DNA from: Amphiscolops sp. MND2022 | Taxonomy: Eukaryota | Assembly (NCBI GenBank): GCA_964187785.1 | Contig: OZ076409.1 | Coordinates: forward strand, 95,544,001 to 95,608,000 | DNA: 64,000 nucleotides | Direction: 5' to 3' | Notes under the pieces: model-generated | Database searches by the model: none | Told to the model about the DNA's origin: nothing | What the model saw: only the letters and a program-made list of their open reading frames with translations | In this document: in pieces, positions 26,038 through 38,149 of the stretch | How the letters are laid out: every line of letters begins with the position of its first letter | Position numbering within the stretch: the first letter of the stretch is position 1 | Position numbers and translations under genes: made by a program

Positions 26038-27850
26038 CAGTAGCGCTCTAAAATATCGCAACCTCATTGCTTAAAATGGCAAAATTCAAGCCAAATATCT
26101 CGTAAACTGTCACGAATACAAACATTTGCCAGCTAGGAAAGTTTCTTAGAATTTTATCTAGTTTACAAAAATGTTTGTTTGAAATTTCTACGACCCATAC
26201 TGAAAAGGTTAGAAAATGCAAATTTTAGAAAATTTTAATCGAAATTTGAGTTTTTTCGAAAATTGAGTGGCTTAGAATTAAAGTTTTTGGATTTTTTTCA
26301 ATCGGAGACTCTCTATAATCTCCCGAACATACTGAATTGTTTTGATCGAGAATTTGTTTCGAATCAGAAGAAAAAATTCTTTTTCTTTCTGTCTATAAGC
26401 ACTGAAGTACATGTATTAAGATAGGCTATAAGAATTGCATTTAGAAAATTGATGATTTTTGTTTGAAACCGAAAAAGTTTTTCAATCAAATCATATCAGC
26501 ATTTTCGGGAGATTTGGGGGAAAATGATTGGCTGAAAACTTTTCAAAATAATTTATTCAACTTTGTGAAAATCAAGAAAAAGCGGAAATTTGATGAAATT
26601 TAGTCAAAATTTCCAATTTCTAACTTTTGTAATTTTTGTCGCAGAAACTTCAAATAAACACTTTTGTAAACTAGATAAAATTCTGAGAAATTTTCGTAGC
26701 TGACAATTTTTTGTATTTGTGACAGTTTTACCCGGGTCGACCCTCCATGGATATCTTAGTAAGATCTTGGCAAGATCTTGCCAAGATCTTGGAAAATTCT
26801 TAGCTAAGATCGTGACAAGATATTGCCAAGAATTGCAAGATGCCATGGTAAGATCTTATCAAGAGAGCCATGTTTCCAAGAAAAATCTTACTAAGAAGCC
26901 CAATATGGCAAGAAAAATCTAACTAAGAAGCCGAATATGGCAAGAAAAAAATTGCTACGAACTGCTCGATATCGAGAGAAAGTAGAATCAGAAAACCATT
27001 AAATTAAGAGTTATGGAAAAATAATCTAGACATCACTCAAAACAAAAAAAAGTACTGAATGATTTTTACAACCATTTGGATATCGATATTGTTCTTTCAA
27101 TTGCAAAACTGTCGCCAACAACGGCGTCAGAAAAGCGTTGAGCTGAATCATTACCCAAATTAGAGCAATGACCGCCGTTTCTAGCAGTAATAAGGCTGCG
27201 AAACAGGCTCAAAGAAAGCTTGAAATATGATTTATACAAAAATTTCAGGATTTCAAGGTCTTTCCTTTGTAACTTTTCGATAGTGGGTCTGGACGTTTGA
27301 GAGCATATTTCTCCGTCTCTGGAATCGACAGAAATGATAAATTACAAGTTTTGAAAAGCCCTTGAAATTACCTTTCATTTGGTACATACGGCTTTTTTCA
27401 GTCTTAAACAGGTGAGGAATTATTAGGATTCTCGTCAGAATTTCTGAAGCCAGACTACGTTATCGTAATTTTTCACGCATTTTTGCATGCAAAATTTTTT
27501 CAGAAGGTTTAAGCATTTTGATTATGAAAACGAGTAGAAACAGTCGTTGTCGGGTGAAATGAGCCTTTAGATTGAGTCTCGGCTGCTTGTACCGAAGGTA
27601 TAGTGTTTTTTAATAATCTTAAAATTTTGTCCATCGTGATAAGATACGATCTTGGAATAAGTATTATCTTAGTAAGATCTTAATAAGAATCTTGCCATGG
27701 GATCCATGGCTGCCGAGATGTACTAAGAATTTGGCAAGATCTTGCCAAGACAGCCAAGATGCTAGTAAGAGGGTCAACTCGGGTAAAGATATTTGGATTT
27801 GAAAATCGCAATTTTAAGCAATGGTGTTGCGATATTTTAGAACGCTACTG
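26038..27850. mobile_element. Tc1/mariner-like non-autonomous element with long TIRs, in intron A-B
   Basis: TA|CAGTAGCGCTCTAAAATATCGCAAC ... GTTGCGATATTTTAGAACGCTACTG|TA. TIR continues (26100-26250 vs 26600-26730). Confidence 0.85.
26731..27783. mobile_element. MITE nested in the right TIR of the Tc1-like element
   Basis: TIR CCCGGGTCGACCCTC / GAGGGTCAACTCGGG, TA on both flanks, subterminal CAAGATCTTG repeats. A partial inverted copy lies at ~30598-30940. Confidence 0.8.
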
Positions 27851-28567
27851 TATGTCTGAAAATGCTACGTATTAATAGAGTACAAGATTTTTATTGACAT
27901 TTTCTCGGAGAAATCTTCGCTTTTCAATTTTCGGTAAATGATTTGGAACTATACCAGTTATAAGAATGGTATTGGGTTTTAGTTCTATTGTGTGTCGAAA
28001 TACCTTTTCTGTCGAAAAAAAACGAGCTCAATAGACTTCTTGAGACTTCCTATAGTGCCGCACTTCTTCAACTGCTTGAACATGGATCTCAAAAATCTGT
28101 TTTTATTGTACAAAAAAAAACAAATACAAATGTTTTTTATCAGAAACAAATCAGTATTTTTGTTAGTTATTTCGAAATGATACAAACAAATATATAAGCA
28201 TCAAATTGTACAAAAGTGAGTAAAACTGTATTCAACTGTCTGTGGAGAAATGTCATTTTCCCTGCTTTCTGAACACCCAAATTGCTTCGAAGCTTTCCGT
28301 AATTCATGCCCGAGCCCGGGTACTTCCGTCGGTTCCAATTTTCTTGAAAAAAGTCATATTCTGTCCTCTTTTCGACCCATTTTGAACTGAAAAAGGAAAT
28401 TGTTTTGAACATTACCTGTATTACCTGTTTTTTACCTTGTTTTAAAACATGTTTTTTATCTACTGTTTTAAAACATGTTTTAAAAGATGACAACCTCGTT
28501 TTGGAACATTGACCTCTGGTACTTTGCGCTTCAACGTATTTAGTTAACCAGACCTGTTTTGTTCCAG

Positions 28568-28893
28568 TCCCAACTCGGTGATAGTGTTTTTCTGCACCGT
28601 GGCCATCTTCATTCTCTGGCTCCTCTTAGCCAGACTGATCCGGAAGACCCTGAGAGCGAGGAAGACCAAGAAACTGCAGTCGCAAATGTCTCTGCAGATT
28701 TCGGGATCCGCCGATCAGTCCACCCTGAATGCGTATGCCCTCACAGACCGCACCCAGTTTCACATGTCACCCTCACTTTCTTTGGGCTCGGAACCCCCTC
28801 AAATCTTGAACAGTGCCAAGATCGGTGGCAAAACGTCACCCAACGTTGGGTCAGCTCAGTTCTGCTGGCTCGAACCAGTTGGATGCATGGCGG
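28568..28893 (+). CDS. Exon B: transmembrane helix plus basic juxtamembrane segment
   Basis: Acceptor TTTTGTTCCAG ends at 28567, in phase with exon A (GT+T=Val). Encodes VIVFFCTVAIFILWLLLA-RLIRKTLRARK. Candidate phase-1 donor GTATTG at 28894. Confidence 0.75.
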
Positions 28894-31042
28894 GTATTGT
28901 TGATTTTTTTCTGGTTGCAAATGCGTCAAAACGAGATTTAGTTTGATGTACATGGGAAAACTCTAAACTTACTGGATCGCTTGTTCAAATAGAAGCGCAG
29001 TGGTGATCTGTGATTTTTCTTTTTTTTCTGAAAGAAAACGTCACCAAGAAAAGATGGTACGTGGTGAAGTACTTTGGACGTATCAAACGAAACCTAATGG
29101 TAAATCAGAAACCTTGTAATTTTAGTGGTTAGTAGTGAACAGCTTCAATCAAAAAAGTCATCGAAAAAATGTTCGAATGACAACACAGATTGATATCGCA
29201 CGCTTTCAGGGATTGACATTTTCAACGCACGATGGAATGATTTCAAAAAAAGTTCAAAAAGTTTAAACCCGGTGTGAAATTTTTATCTTTTGGCGTCTAT
29301 AAAAGTCCATTGCTTTCGTGAAAAGCACATACGAGAGACAGAACTAGGTTAGTTACGTTTTTAAAACGTCGGAATAGTGGAAACAGCTGAAAATGCTGAC
29401 ACTAGCTCATTTGTTTTGTTACAGCTCATTTGGCTAACTCGGTGTTTACCTATTAGACGATACTTCTGGCCACTTGAATATAAAGTAAAATTGACGCCAA
29501 CAACGAATTTGTTCGAATTGGCTAAGTCAGAGTATAATTCTTAGAGCAAATTTTAATAGGTCAAGCTCACGAGCGAAAATATTCTAAGACCGACCCAGAA
29601 AAACCAAGTGTGACAAAATCGAAAACCCTCCCACTCTGGTTTTTCTCAACGACTATAAATCGTATAGACCTGAAATTTGGCACAGGTATACCTGAGCTGT
29701 TATGCTACTCGTATATGAAAACGGAACCGAGACGTGACACCGCAGTCCCGAGCTGTTCGCACCGGAAGTGAACAAGCTCGACCCGAACCTGAATAACGAA
29801 TGTAGTTGATTACTAACGAGAACGGAACAGTATTTGTAACCCATGCGTGGGTAGCCTCGTTAAGTAAACAAACGATACGCATATCATGTAACACGGGAAC
29901 CATTAGCCCTAGGAAAATGTAACTTGGCATGTGGCAACTTTGAATGAGGACAAATAACTCCAAGGTCACGGAGGAACCTCAAGGTCGTTTTTAACTAGAT
30001 ACTTGTTTGGATTAACACTCGCGATTCTCGGCAACCGAGTAAGAGAGATGGAAGAAGGCTGAGTCTCGCGGAGACAAGCGAAACTTCTAGAATATTTCGT
30101 TGTCGCTAGCAGAATAGATTTGCTGACAAGTCCGGGACGTGTGAGAGAACCGTAGTTGGCTGAACCGGAGATTGTTTCTTCGATTGATGAATGTGAGTTA
30201 GTTAGACTGATTTGAATTACCTAGTGTTATTTTTTTGCGATAAAGAAAATTTCATTTTTCTATCACTCAAAGCTTTTGGAAACTGTGAGCCGAAAGAGCA
30301 ATTGCTCGAGAGAGAAAGTATCAGTAACTTGAGTCCAAAAACCCCTTACCCACCAAAACATCCCTTTTTCTTGCTCGGTTTCCATTTGGAGGTGAGTCTC
30401 TCCGAACGCCCTATTTGGATTTTCTTACACCTGATATGAAATTTACTATAATAGCGTCAAAAACATTCTTGCCAATTATGCATTTCAAACACGAATCTTA
30501 CAAGTTTATACAAGAATAGCAAATTTTGCAAATTTGTTACAATGTTGATCATTTCTTACAAGAATGTGATAACGTTTTAACAAAAATTGCATCGATTCCC
30601 GGGTTGACACTCTTTCTAGCATCTTGGCTGTTTTGGCAAGATCTTGCCAAATTCTTGTACATCTTGGCAACCATGGATCCCATGGCAAGATTCCTTTCAA
30701 GATATTACTGAGATACTACTTTATTTCAAGATCGAATCTTATCACGATGGACAAAATTCTAAGGTTTGAAAGAACACTCTACATTCAGTAAAAGCAGCCG
30801 AGACTCAATCTAAAGTCTATTTCTACTCGTTATTGTAGTCAAAATGCTTTAACCTGCTGAAACAAATTTGCATGCAAATTTGTGCGAGAAATTACGATAA
30901 ACTATTCTGGCTTTCGAAATTCTGACGAGAATCCTAATAACTAGAGTTTTCTCAAAAGAGCTCTCAAAAGTGTCACCCTCATCTCTGAACACCCTGTAGG
31001 TGCGTCATAGTGGCGTCATATCTGTCTATCTTGTTTGAGTAG

Positions 31043-31186
31043 GGGCAGGAGGAGGCAGGGGCGTGTTGGTTGGACCCCCCGGAAGTGTGGGTGACATGAT
31101 GTGTTCTGCTGACGAGCTGGCCATCCTCTCCAGCTCCAGTGTGTCTCCCTCCTTCAGTGGCGGATATTGCGCAATCATACCTGCAG
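31043..31186 (+). CDS. Exon C: Gly/Ser-rich cytoplasmic tail
   Basis: GC-rich 144-nt open segment between TAG (ends 31042) and CAG|GTACCT; phase 1-1; AGGGRGVLVGPPGSVGDMMCSADELAILSSSSVSPSFSGGYCAIIPA. Confidence 0.55.
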
Positions 31187-31652
31187 GTACCTGTAATTAA
31201 CCCTAACTGGACCGTGAATTTTCAGGATCCATCCAAAAATCGGGTGCTTAAACTTTAAACCGCAATATCTCCTAAACTATTAACGTCCGACAAACGATTT
31301 ACAGCGCTTTCGAAAGAAAGCAATCAGGGCTTTCAATTTGATTTCTGAACTGCTGGGCTGGGGGTGGGCTGGAATTGGTGCGCAAGGCATTTTGTGTGCG
31401 ACGTCCAGCGCTTGTATGCTGCTTGGTCGCATAGGCTCCGGATTTGCGCCCAATTTTTGCCCGCCCGTGTCACTGACTGCATTTCAGCGCTTCAAGATAT
31501 AGGTAACTAATATCGCAGTACCTAACACAACAACCACTTGTAGTATCATCGTAACGTTGGCCCGATCCCATGCTTGTAAATGAAGCCGTCCAAAAAGGCT
31601 CAAATGACGTTTAAATTCCGTTCGTTGAATTGTGTCACAACTCCATCAGCGT

Positions 31653-33850
31653 TGTGAGGGAAGAAACATAGTCGAAGCGCCATAAAAGAAGAATGGCGGA
31701 AGCCAAAAAATCAAAATACATCCAATCAACCTGAAACGAAAACAATATATATGTATTTATATAAACAGTTGGTATAATATGGTTCTAATTATCAAAGCAC
31801 CTGAAATGAAAACAAACAATAGAATGAACGGCACACACAGTTGAGAGGCGAGAAGCACGCCTGGTACGTTAACCAGGCAATGATTGCTGAAGTAATCCCT
31901 GGGACGCTGCTTCAGAGTTCAACAGTTCTGCCGCGCAATCAACCAATCAGAAGTGAGCAAAGAAGTAGCACCGAATAAACACCAACAATGCACGCTAGTC
32001 GACGAGCTGAGGCAGCAACTCAGGCGACCGTCCATCTACTTCAAAGTTAACCATGCACCAGCCAACGAAAGAAAGAATGTCGTGGCAATTAGAACAATCA
32101 GGAAACAATGGGAAACTATACTGAGGAGGCAACTGAACCAGGATTAAAATATACACTATAAGTTTTGTATTTCCGAAGAATACTTGATGTTTTATCATTT
32201 GGTCAACTGCCCAGGCAGTATACTAAGGAATAAATACCAAGTAGACGTCCGGGACCAACATTCCAAAACCATATTTTGTGCGAGTGCAATTTCGTAATAT
32301 TGATGTAAATATGCCCATAGAGTCTTTGGAAAGTGAAGATTACCGTGTTACCAACCAACCGAACATATTTTAGGGTGCGGTCAAGAATAATATTTTTGAT
32401 TCAACTGTCCAAGCAGCAAATTCGCCTCAGGTAACTGAGTACGTCCCCAGGACGCAATACTAGAATTGTTGTTTGTTTAACTATTCTGATGATGAAGTGC
32501 GGTATTTTAACACCATATCAACTGATATGACCTCTGACATGTGTTATAAGTGCTTTTTAATAGATATCCTTACACCGGGACGCCTGTCTGGGCGTAATAA
32601 ACCTGTTGCTCTTCTGGAGTTTAATTCTTATCTCACTATACTATACCTTCAATGAATTAATCTCTTCAGTAGTTTATTCTCTTTGATTGATGTTGCTTTC
32701 TCAGTTTTATTTATCAGTGCTGTTTTAAATGTGTTCACAGTTTCGATGGAAAACTCATTTCTGGACCCGCATCAGTAGCTAGGTTCTTGAAATTGAGTGC
32801 CATCTTTGGTTCGGCGTCCTGAATTGGTGGGAAATGAAGAAGAAAGAAACGCGGAATTGGGAGTTCCGCAGAAAGTAGATTCCCACTATTCTTTGAAGTG
32901 AAATGATACTGAAAGCGGAATCTCAAGGAAGCCCACCTTATTTGCTTGCCGCGGTAGAACGCCGAGCTGAACAAGGCGTGAAGTTCACGCGCGCGATTTG
33001 TCCCGCGTGTCTAGCGCAAAGTGTAAATACCTGAATGGGGATAAAGAAAAGCCTTTAAATATTTGATTTATTCTTTTGTAGAACTCGATCCGTTTTCCCT
33101 TCAATTTCGATTGTTGCTTTGTGAACTTGACTTGTAAACGTCATTCATTCCAATCTTTCATTACTCCGTTTATTTTGTTTTGTTGCCCGACTAATAATTC
33201 GCTAGTTTGTCTTTTAATTTCGAAAACATTACTTGATAGATTAACGGGATCCGTTAAAGGATTTGGATAACTCCAAAACTGTAAATGAACTTTTATACTG
33301 CCACACTACGTTTTTGCCTAAGATCATGTCTGAGACAGAAATGGAATTTGAGAAAACACCTTCCAACTAACCAGGATGATATAGGGACTACTAGGTCAAT
33401 TGCAGATGGAAATCGTTGTTTATTAGAACAGGTCTTCGAAGATATCTTTAGTTAGATTGAGAATAGGATGTCTCAGTGGTTACGTGATAGTGAGCATAGT
33501 CAAAGAGGCTGATAGAGAACATATCGCCCAAGGTAGATAACTTGTCAAATGTCTCGTCGGAACAAGGATGTTCCAATTCCAGGATGGAAACCAACGGAGT
33601 TTTATCAGATGTGTTAACTACCGGTTTTGAAGGACCAAACACAACTAGGACCGCTAGAACCAAGAATTTGAGTAATACTGAACTTCCAGTGTTGAACTAT
33701 TTCAAACGTGACATGCAAAATTCAGCATCGCCAATACGTCGAATAAATAAAGGAACGTATGTCTCTTCCGTTGTTAGAAAGTTGGCTTCTCTAACTAATA
33801 CTGAGACCTGCGAAGAAAAATGTGTGAAAATTTTTTGTAAAAAATGAGCT
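31653..33850 (+). mobile_element. Possible LTR (31653-32739, TGTGA...TCACA) followed by a decayed leader/ORF
   Basis: Inverted termini, internal CCAAT and AATAAA, broken ORF from ~33326. No second LTR or PBS found. Confidence 0.3.
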
Positions 33851-34654
33851 GCAGAAATGAAAACTTGTTTCACAATATACTAGTGCAGAAAAAAATAATT
33901 CACTCTTTTATCCTGACCCACTGCTGTTAGGTTTAAAAATGGGAATTCAAGTTTTCTTTCAGTTTTCGTCAAAATCGCGACACAAATGACAATTATCGGA
34001 ATGTTTTTAGGACTTCTTGTCAGTTTCAGCGTTCCCAAAAACCTTTAGGTAAAAAACGTTCGTAAATATTAAGGATGCAACAAGGGGGCTTTTCTAACAT
34101 CGAGGAGACTCCTCTTTTTGGAGCTACTTGGCGACATGCTGGCACACTCAAAGTCCAGGCACGTCCCGGAAGCATGTGAAACTGGTTTCTAATGTACCCG
34201 AGGCTTCCTACATACTTCCGGGGCCAGATAACGACAATAAGCTAAATATTTTATATTGTTAGAATATAGTGAAAATGAAGGATCTAGCAGATCATACATT
34301 TCCAAATACCTGCTAATCCATATAAATGCAAAGTTTTATCAGTGAAACTTTGAAATGAGGGCTCAAAGAGTCTTCGACCTACGGAACAGTTCATGCAAAA
34401 AATTGTATAATTCTGCCATCGAAATTTGTGACCGAAAAAGGTTGTCCCTGGTTCAACAAGACCAACTGCTTCAAAACGTTTCACAAAAAACTGAAATTTG
34501 AAAATTTGTTTGTACATATAGTGCCTACATATCAAAAATATTCCGCAAAAATATTGAGAACTTCTTTCACTATGGATTTGGTGGAGTTATGGAAACCTCG
34601 TATTTGACCAATTTCGAGACAAAATTTCGATCAAAAATGATTCATACTATTTAG

Positions 34655-34824
34655 GAAACACGATGCCAGCTATCAACCCCGTGACACCCATAGACCCGCG
34701 ACTGCAGCAGCACTTCAATAGCCCCCCTCTTTCCTTCACGAGCGGGGGAGGGGGAGACAACGTGTGGAACGACGATAGTCTCACAAGTTCCAACTCTGTA
34801 CCCTCTTACGAGGTCACTGTTTGA
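34655..34824 (+). CDS. Exon D (terminal): tail ending ...SVPSYEVTV*
   Basis: Acceptor TATTTAG ends at 34654, phase-compatible with exon C (G+GA). Open to TGA at 34822-34824. GC-rich island in AT-rich surroundings. Confidence 0.6.
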
Positions 34825-37799
34825 CCTCACTTGACCTGACATGACCTGATCTGGCCTGACCTTTCACCATTCGTGTGCTGTACAAACTTGAAAATTGGCT
34901 TCAGCTTCCCATCATTTGCAATTTAGTTCAAACCAATCATGTTCAGTTTGAGCGAAAAAGGGTTTAAAGTACGAATTCAGAAAGTGAAATCAGAAAGCTT
35001 TCATCCTACAAACCGTGCTCGAGAAAATATTCTTAGTCAAGTTGAGAATAAACAAACTCAAAATGAAAAAAAAACGAATTCCATTTCCAAAAAAATCATC
35101 TGAAAAACTTTTTAACTGTTTCTGGTCGAATTACTTTAAAAATAGATACTACACACAAGTTGACAGAATTCCAATTTTAGTTGAGTTTTAGATCGCTTCC
35201 GAGTTTATTTCAGATGTTTTATTTCTTAGGTTGAATTTGTTCATTTTCAATTTAATTCTGATAGTTCTCAACTTGAAATTGGAAAGGTATAGACTTCCTG
35301 CAGTAAAGGAATATTGGTTCGGATTGAGGAAAATCATCGTTAAGCCATCATTTATCGCAAAAAAATAAATTTCCAAAACAAAAACTATATTTTTCATTTC
35401 CCGACAGGTCTTTGAAAAAAGTATTTTTTTGCTGGGACATGATTGGTTCAAGTGTGTTCAATTTGGGTCTCATGATCACTTGTTTCGTAGTTGTTACTGA
35501 TTTGCACTTTGGAGTTACCTGAATGTTGAGTAGTTTCATCGACATTCACTTGGAGCGAATGTCGCAATAGATTCTAGCAGCATGGAACAATTTAATTGTA
35601 CGTGGTTGTTTTCTGTTTCACCAGACTTATAGATCAGAAATAACATATAGACAGCGAAGGTTAAAAATAGGACGCTAACTAGATGTTTGATATTTTTAAT
35701 CGGCCCTTTTCCTAATAAAAGTGGCCGACTATTACAGTAAGTAGTTTTTTTCAGTTCACTCTGAATGGTCCACTTTTTTGCTCACTTGTTCAACTTCTTA
35801 GTCGAGAAGTTAAACGGGATTTTAGTTCGGAAATAGCGTTTCAAGATTCGAATGTAACATTTTCAAAGTTTGGATATAACGTTTCCAAAGTTCGAATGTA
35901 ACGTTTTCGATGTTCGGATATAAATTTTCATTTCTCGTACAAACTTACCGATATTTCCCCAAATTTTCACATAACTGGCGTCCAATATAATGCTTTGGGG
36001 CAAGGTTTTCAGTACTAATAGACGTTTTCAGATTGTTGAGCTTTAGATATGGCGCCGACTCGGGCCGTTCCCGCCTTGTTTCGAACATGAATATGTTAGA
36101 ACTCACATGATTTCTCAGATAGTTTTTTGCTGTTCACATGAACTTCACCCGGAGGCACTTAACCAGTTTGATACTCTGCGGGTTTGCTCTCACGCTTGTT
36201 AAAAAGTGGCAGCCTCTTGATGAAAGCCTGACTCTTCGTCCGTAAATCGGTCATTATCACAAACTCTTGTATACACCTTTCTCGCCAAATGAGTTTCTAA
36301 ATCAAAAAAGTGAGTTCTAGGGCCAGCTCTAGCGTGCTGAAAATTTCATAGCCCTATGCTCTTAAATGGTCTTAAATTATGTAAAGCAAACACACTTCTC
36401 AACTTCAAAAACAATTGTGTTCTGTAGAATGTTATTTTGACAACTGACGTGATGTTTGGTGTGGTACTACTTGACACAACAGAATACTACCAAATTGGGG
36501 CACCGAAGCGGTCAAAAAAATTTTGACACATGAAAAGTCTTGCAAAAGTTTTGTCGCGAGGAGGTTACTCCACTCAAAACCTCTTGACTTTGGTTAAGTC
36601 AGTTGTTTCTGGGTCTTTTCGACATGTTTGAAATCTTGCTCAGGCTCACAGCGTATCGACTAGAGGTTTTCTTGTTGCACAAATTCAGTTTGGACTCGTT
36701 TGCAACTAGGGAGGTTTCCTCTATCCTTACTGTTGGAGAATGGACGCCCTTTGACCCTAGCTTTGGTACAACGGAACTATTCGGGTTTTACAATGTTCGT
36801 ATTTTGACGTGGGGATTTGTTGAAGCGCGTGTCTTAATCAGTTAAAAATGGTTCTAGCAGTCTTAATTTGTCAAACTTGACACAGTAAGTTCTGTCAGAC
36901 ACACTAGCTGGAAAATGAACCACCTATCCCAGTCTGTAAATTCAGTCAGTACTGTGAATTATGCTTTTTCGCTTCAATCAATTACCGCTTAGACAGCTTT
37001 TTAAAACGCTCCGAGGAGAATCATTGTAATTTTTTCCCATTTAGAGTGACTTGCGGAATAACATCTAAAATTACCAAAATAGCCAAAAAACGACAACAAT
37101 GTACAGTAATCAAAGTCGTAGTCAAATTTCTAGATTGATAAGTTTTCTTTTCTACAAAAGTGTTCATTGATCAAATAGGACAATTTAGATTCTTTCGATT
37201 CTTATGACTGATATCTTCGAGGCTATTCCTGATGAAGTGAAATTTTGTCTACAGACTTTTTGCCCCACCTTTTTGGCTCCTGTTCTAGTGCAGAATCATT
37301 GAACCAGAGAAGGCGCCATCATCGTCTTCTTTGTGAGAAAACTAGTAGACTGAGGTTCTGATGCCATTTCCAGCAAATGACTCCAGTATCTCACAAACAA
37401 TATTCGAAGTACTGGCATGATATGATGGTTGATACTTTTCATGGTGTGGCTGTACGGTCCTCTCGTGGAACTACGTCATCTCGCTAGAATAGCTTCTCAG
37501 GGCATTTTTGACACAAACTTAATATTTATCATACGATGATTTTATCCAAGATAGTTTTTAATGCCTATCTTGAGACAATTTGGAATGCAAATTAATCAAA
37601 TTCTGACTTTTTTCGATGCCGAGTCAGTCTTTTTCGCAAGCGTTGAGTTGGCGCCTATGTGTTCTGTTTCCAGTCAAAGTAGCGTACTTGTCGTCTCACA
37701 TGGGCTCTCAGGTGACACACATCGTAGTCACTAATTTCTTCAACAACCTCCTCTCATCGGTGACCTCTGCGGTTTTTTGGATAGACTGATTCAAAAAAC

Positions 37800-38130
37800 G
37801 GAAATATGCTGCCATTGAGCATTCAACACGGAATTATGAACGCCAGGAGCACTTTTAGCCAGCCTATCACCTACTTTGACTGTGTCTATTCCATCAGTGA
37901 CCAAAACATATTTTGTGTTTCACTTTACCTTGATATAAAAAAAGCTTTCAATCCTGTTCAACATCACAATTTTAAGGTATCAAAATTTGGGTTTGACGAC
38001 TCTCTCATCTCTTCCTATCTGAAAGATAGATATCAATGTGTTAAGGTTACTGTGTCTTTTCTCCGATTGTCGCTGTGATATCTGGGGTGCCCAAGAAAGT
38101 GTTTTGGTCCCCTCTTGTTTTTCCTGTCTG
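37800..38130 (+). mobile_element. LINE RT fragment
   Basis: QHG..ARST, LYLDIKKAFNPV, SYLKDRYQCV, SGVP.. motifs. Confidence 0.75.
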
Positions 38131-38149
38131 CCTAACACATGCCTGACAC

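Noticed and set aside
28990..29100. Start of a tyrosine kinase exon after the TM exon
   Set aside because: No GxGxxG, VAIK, HRD or DFG motifs seen here or elsewhere downstream in the window.
29698..30440. Possible solo LTR starting TGTTATG
   Set aside because: No matching end, TSD, PBS or second copy could be identified.
31020..31190. Minus-strand terminal exon (..PLPPPAPTQTR*)
   Set aside because: The plus-strand reading fits splice phases with both neighbouring exons and is preferred; the minus reading is not fully excluded.
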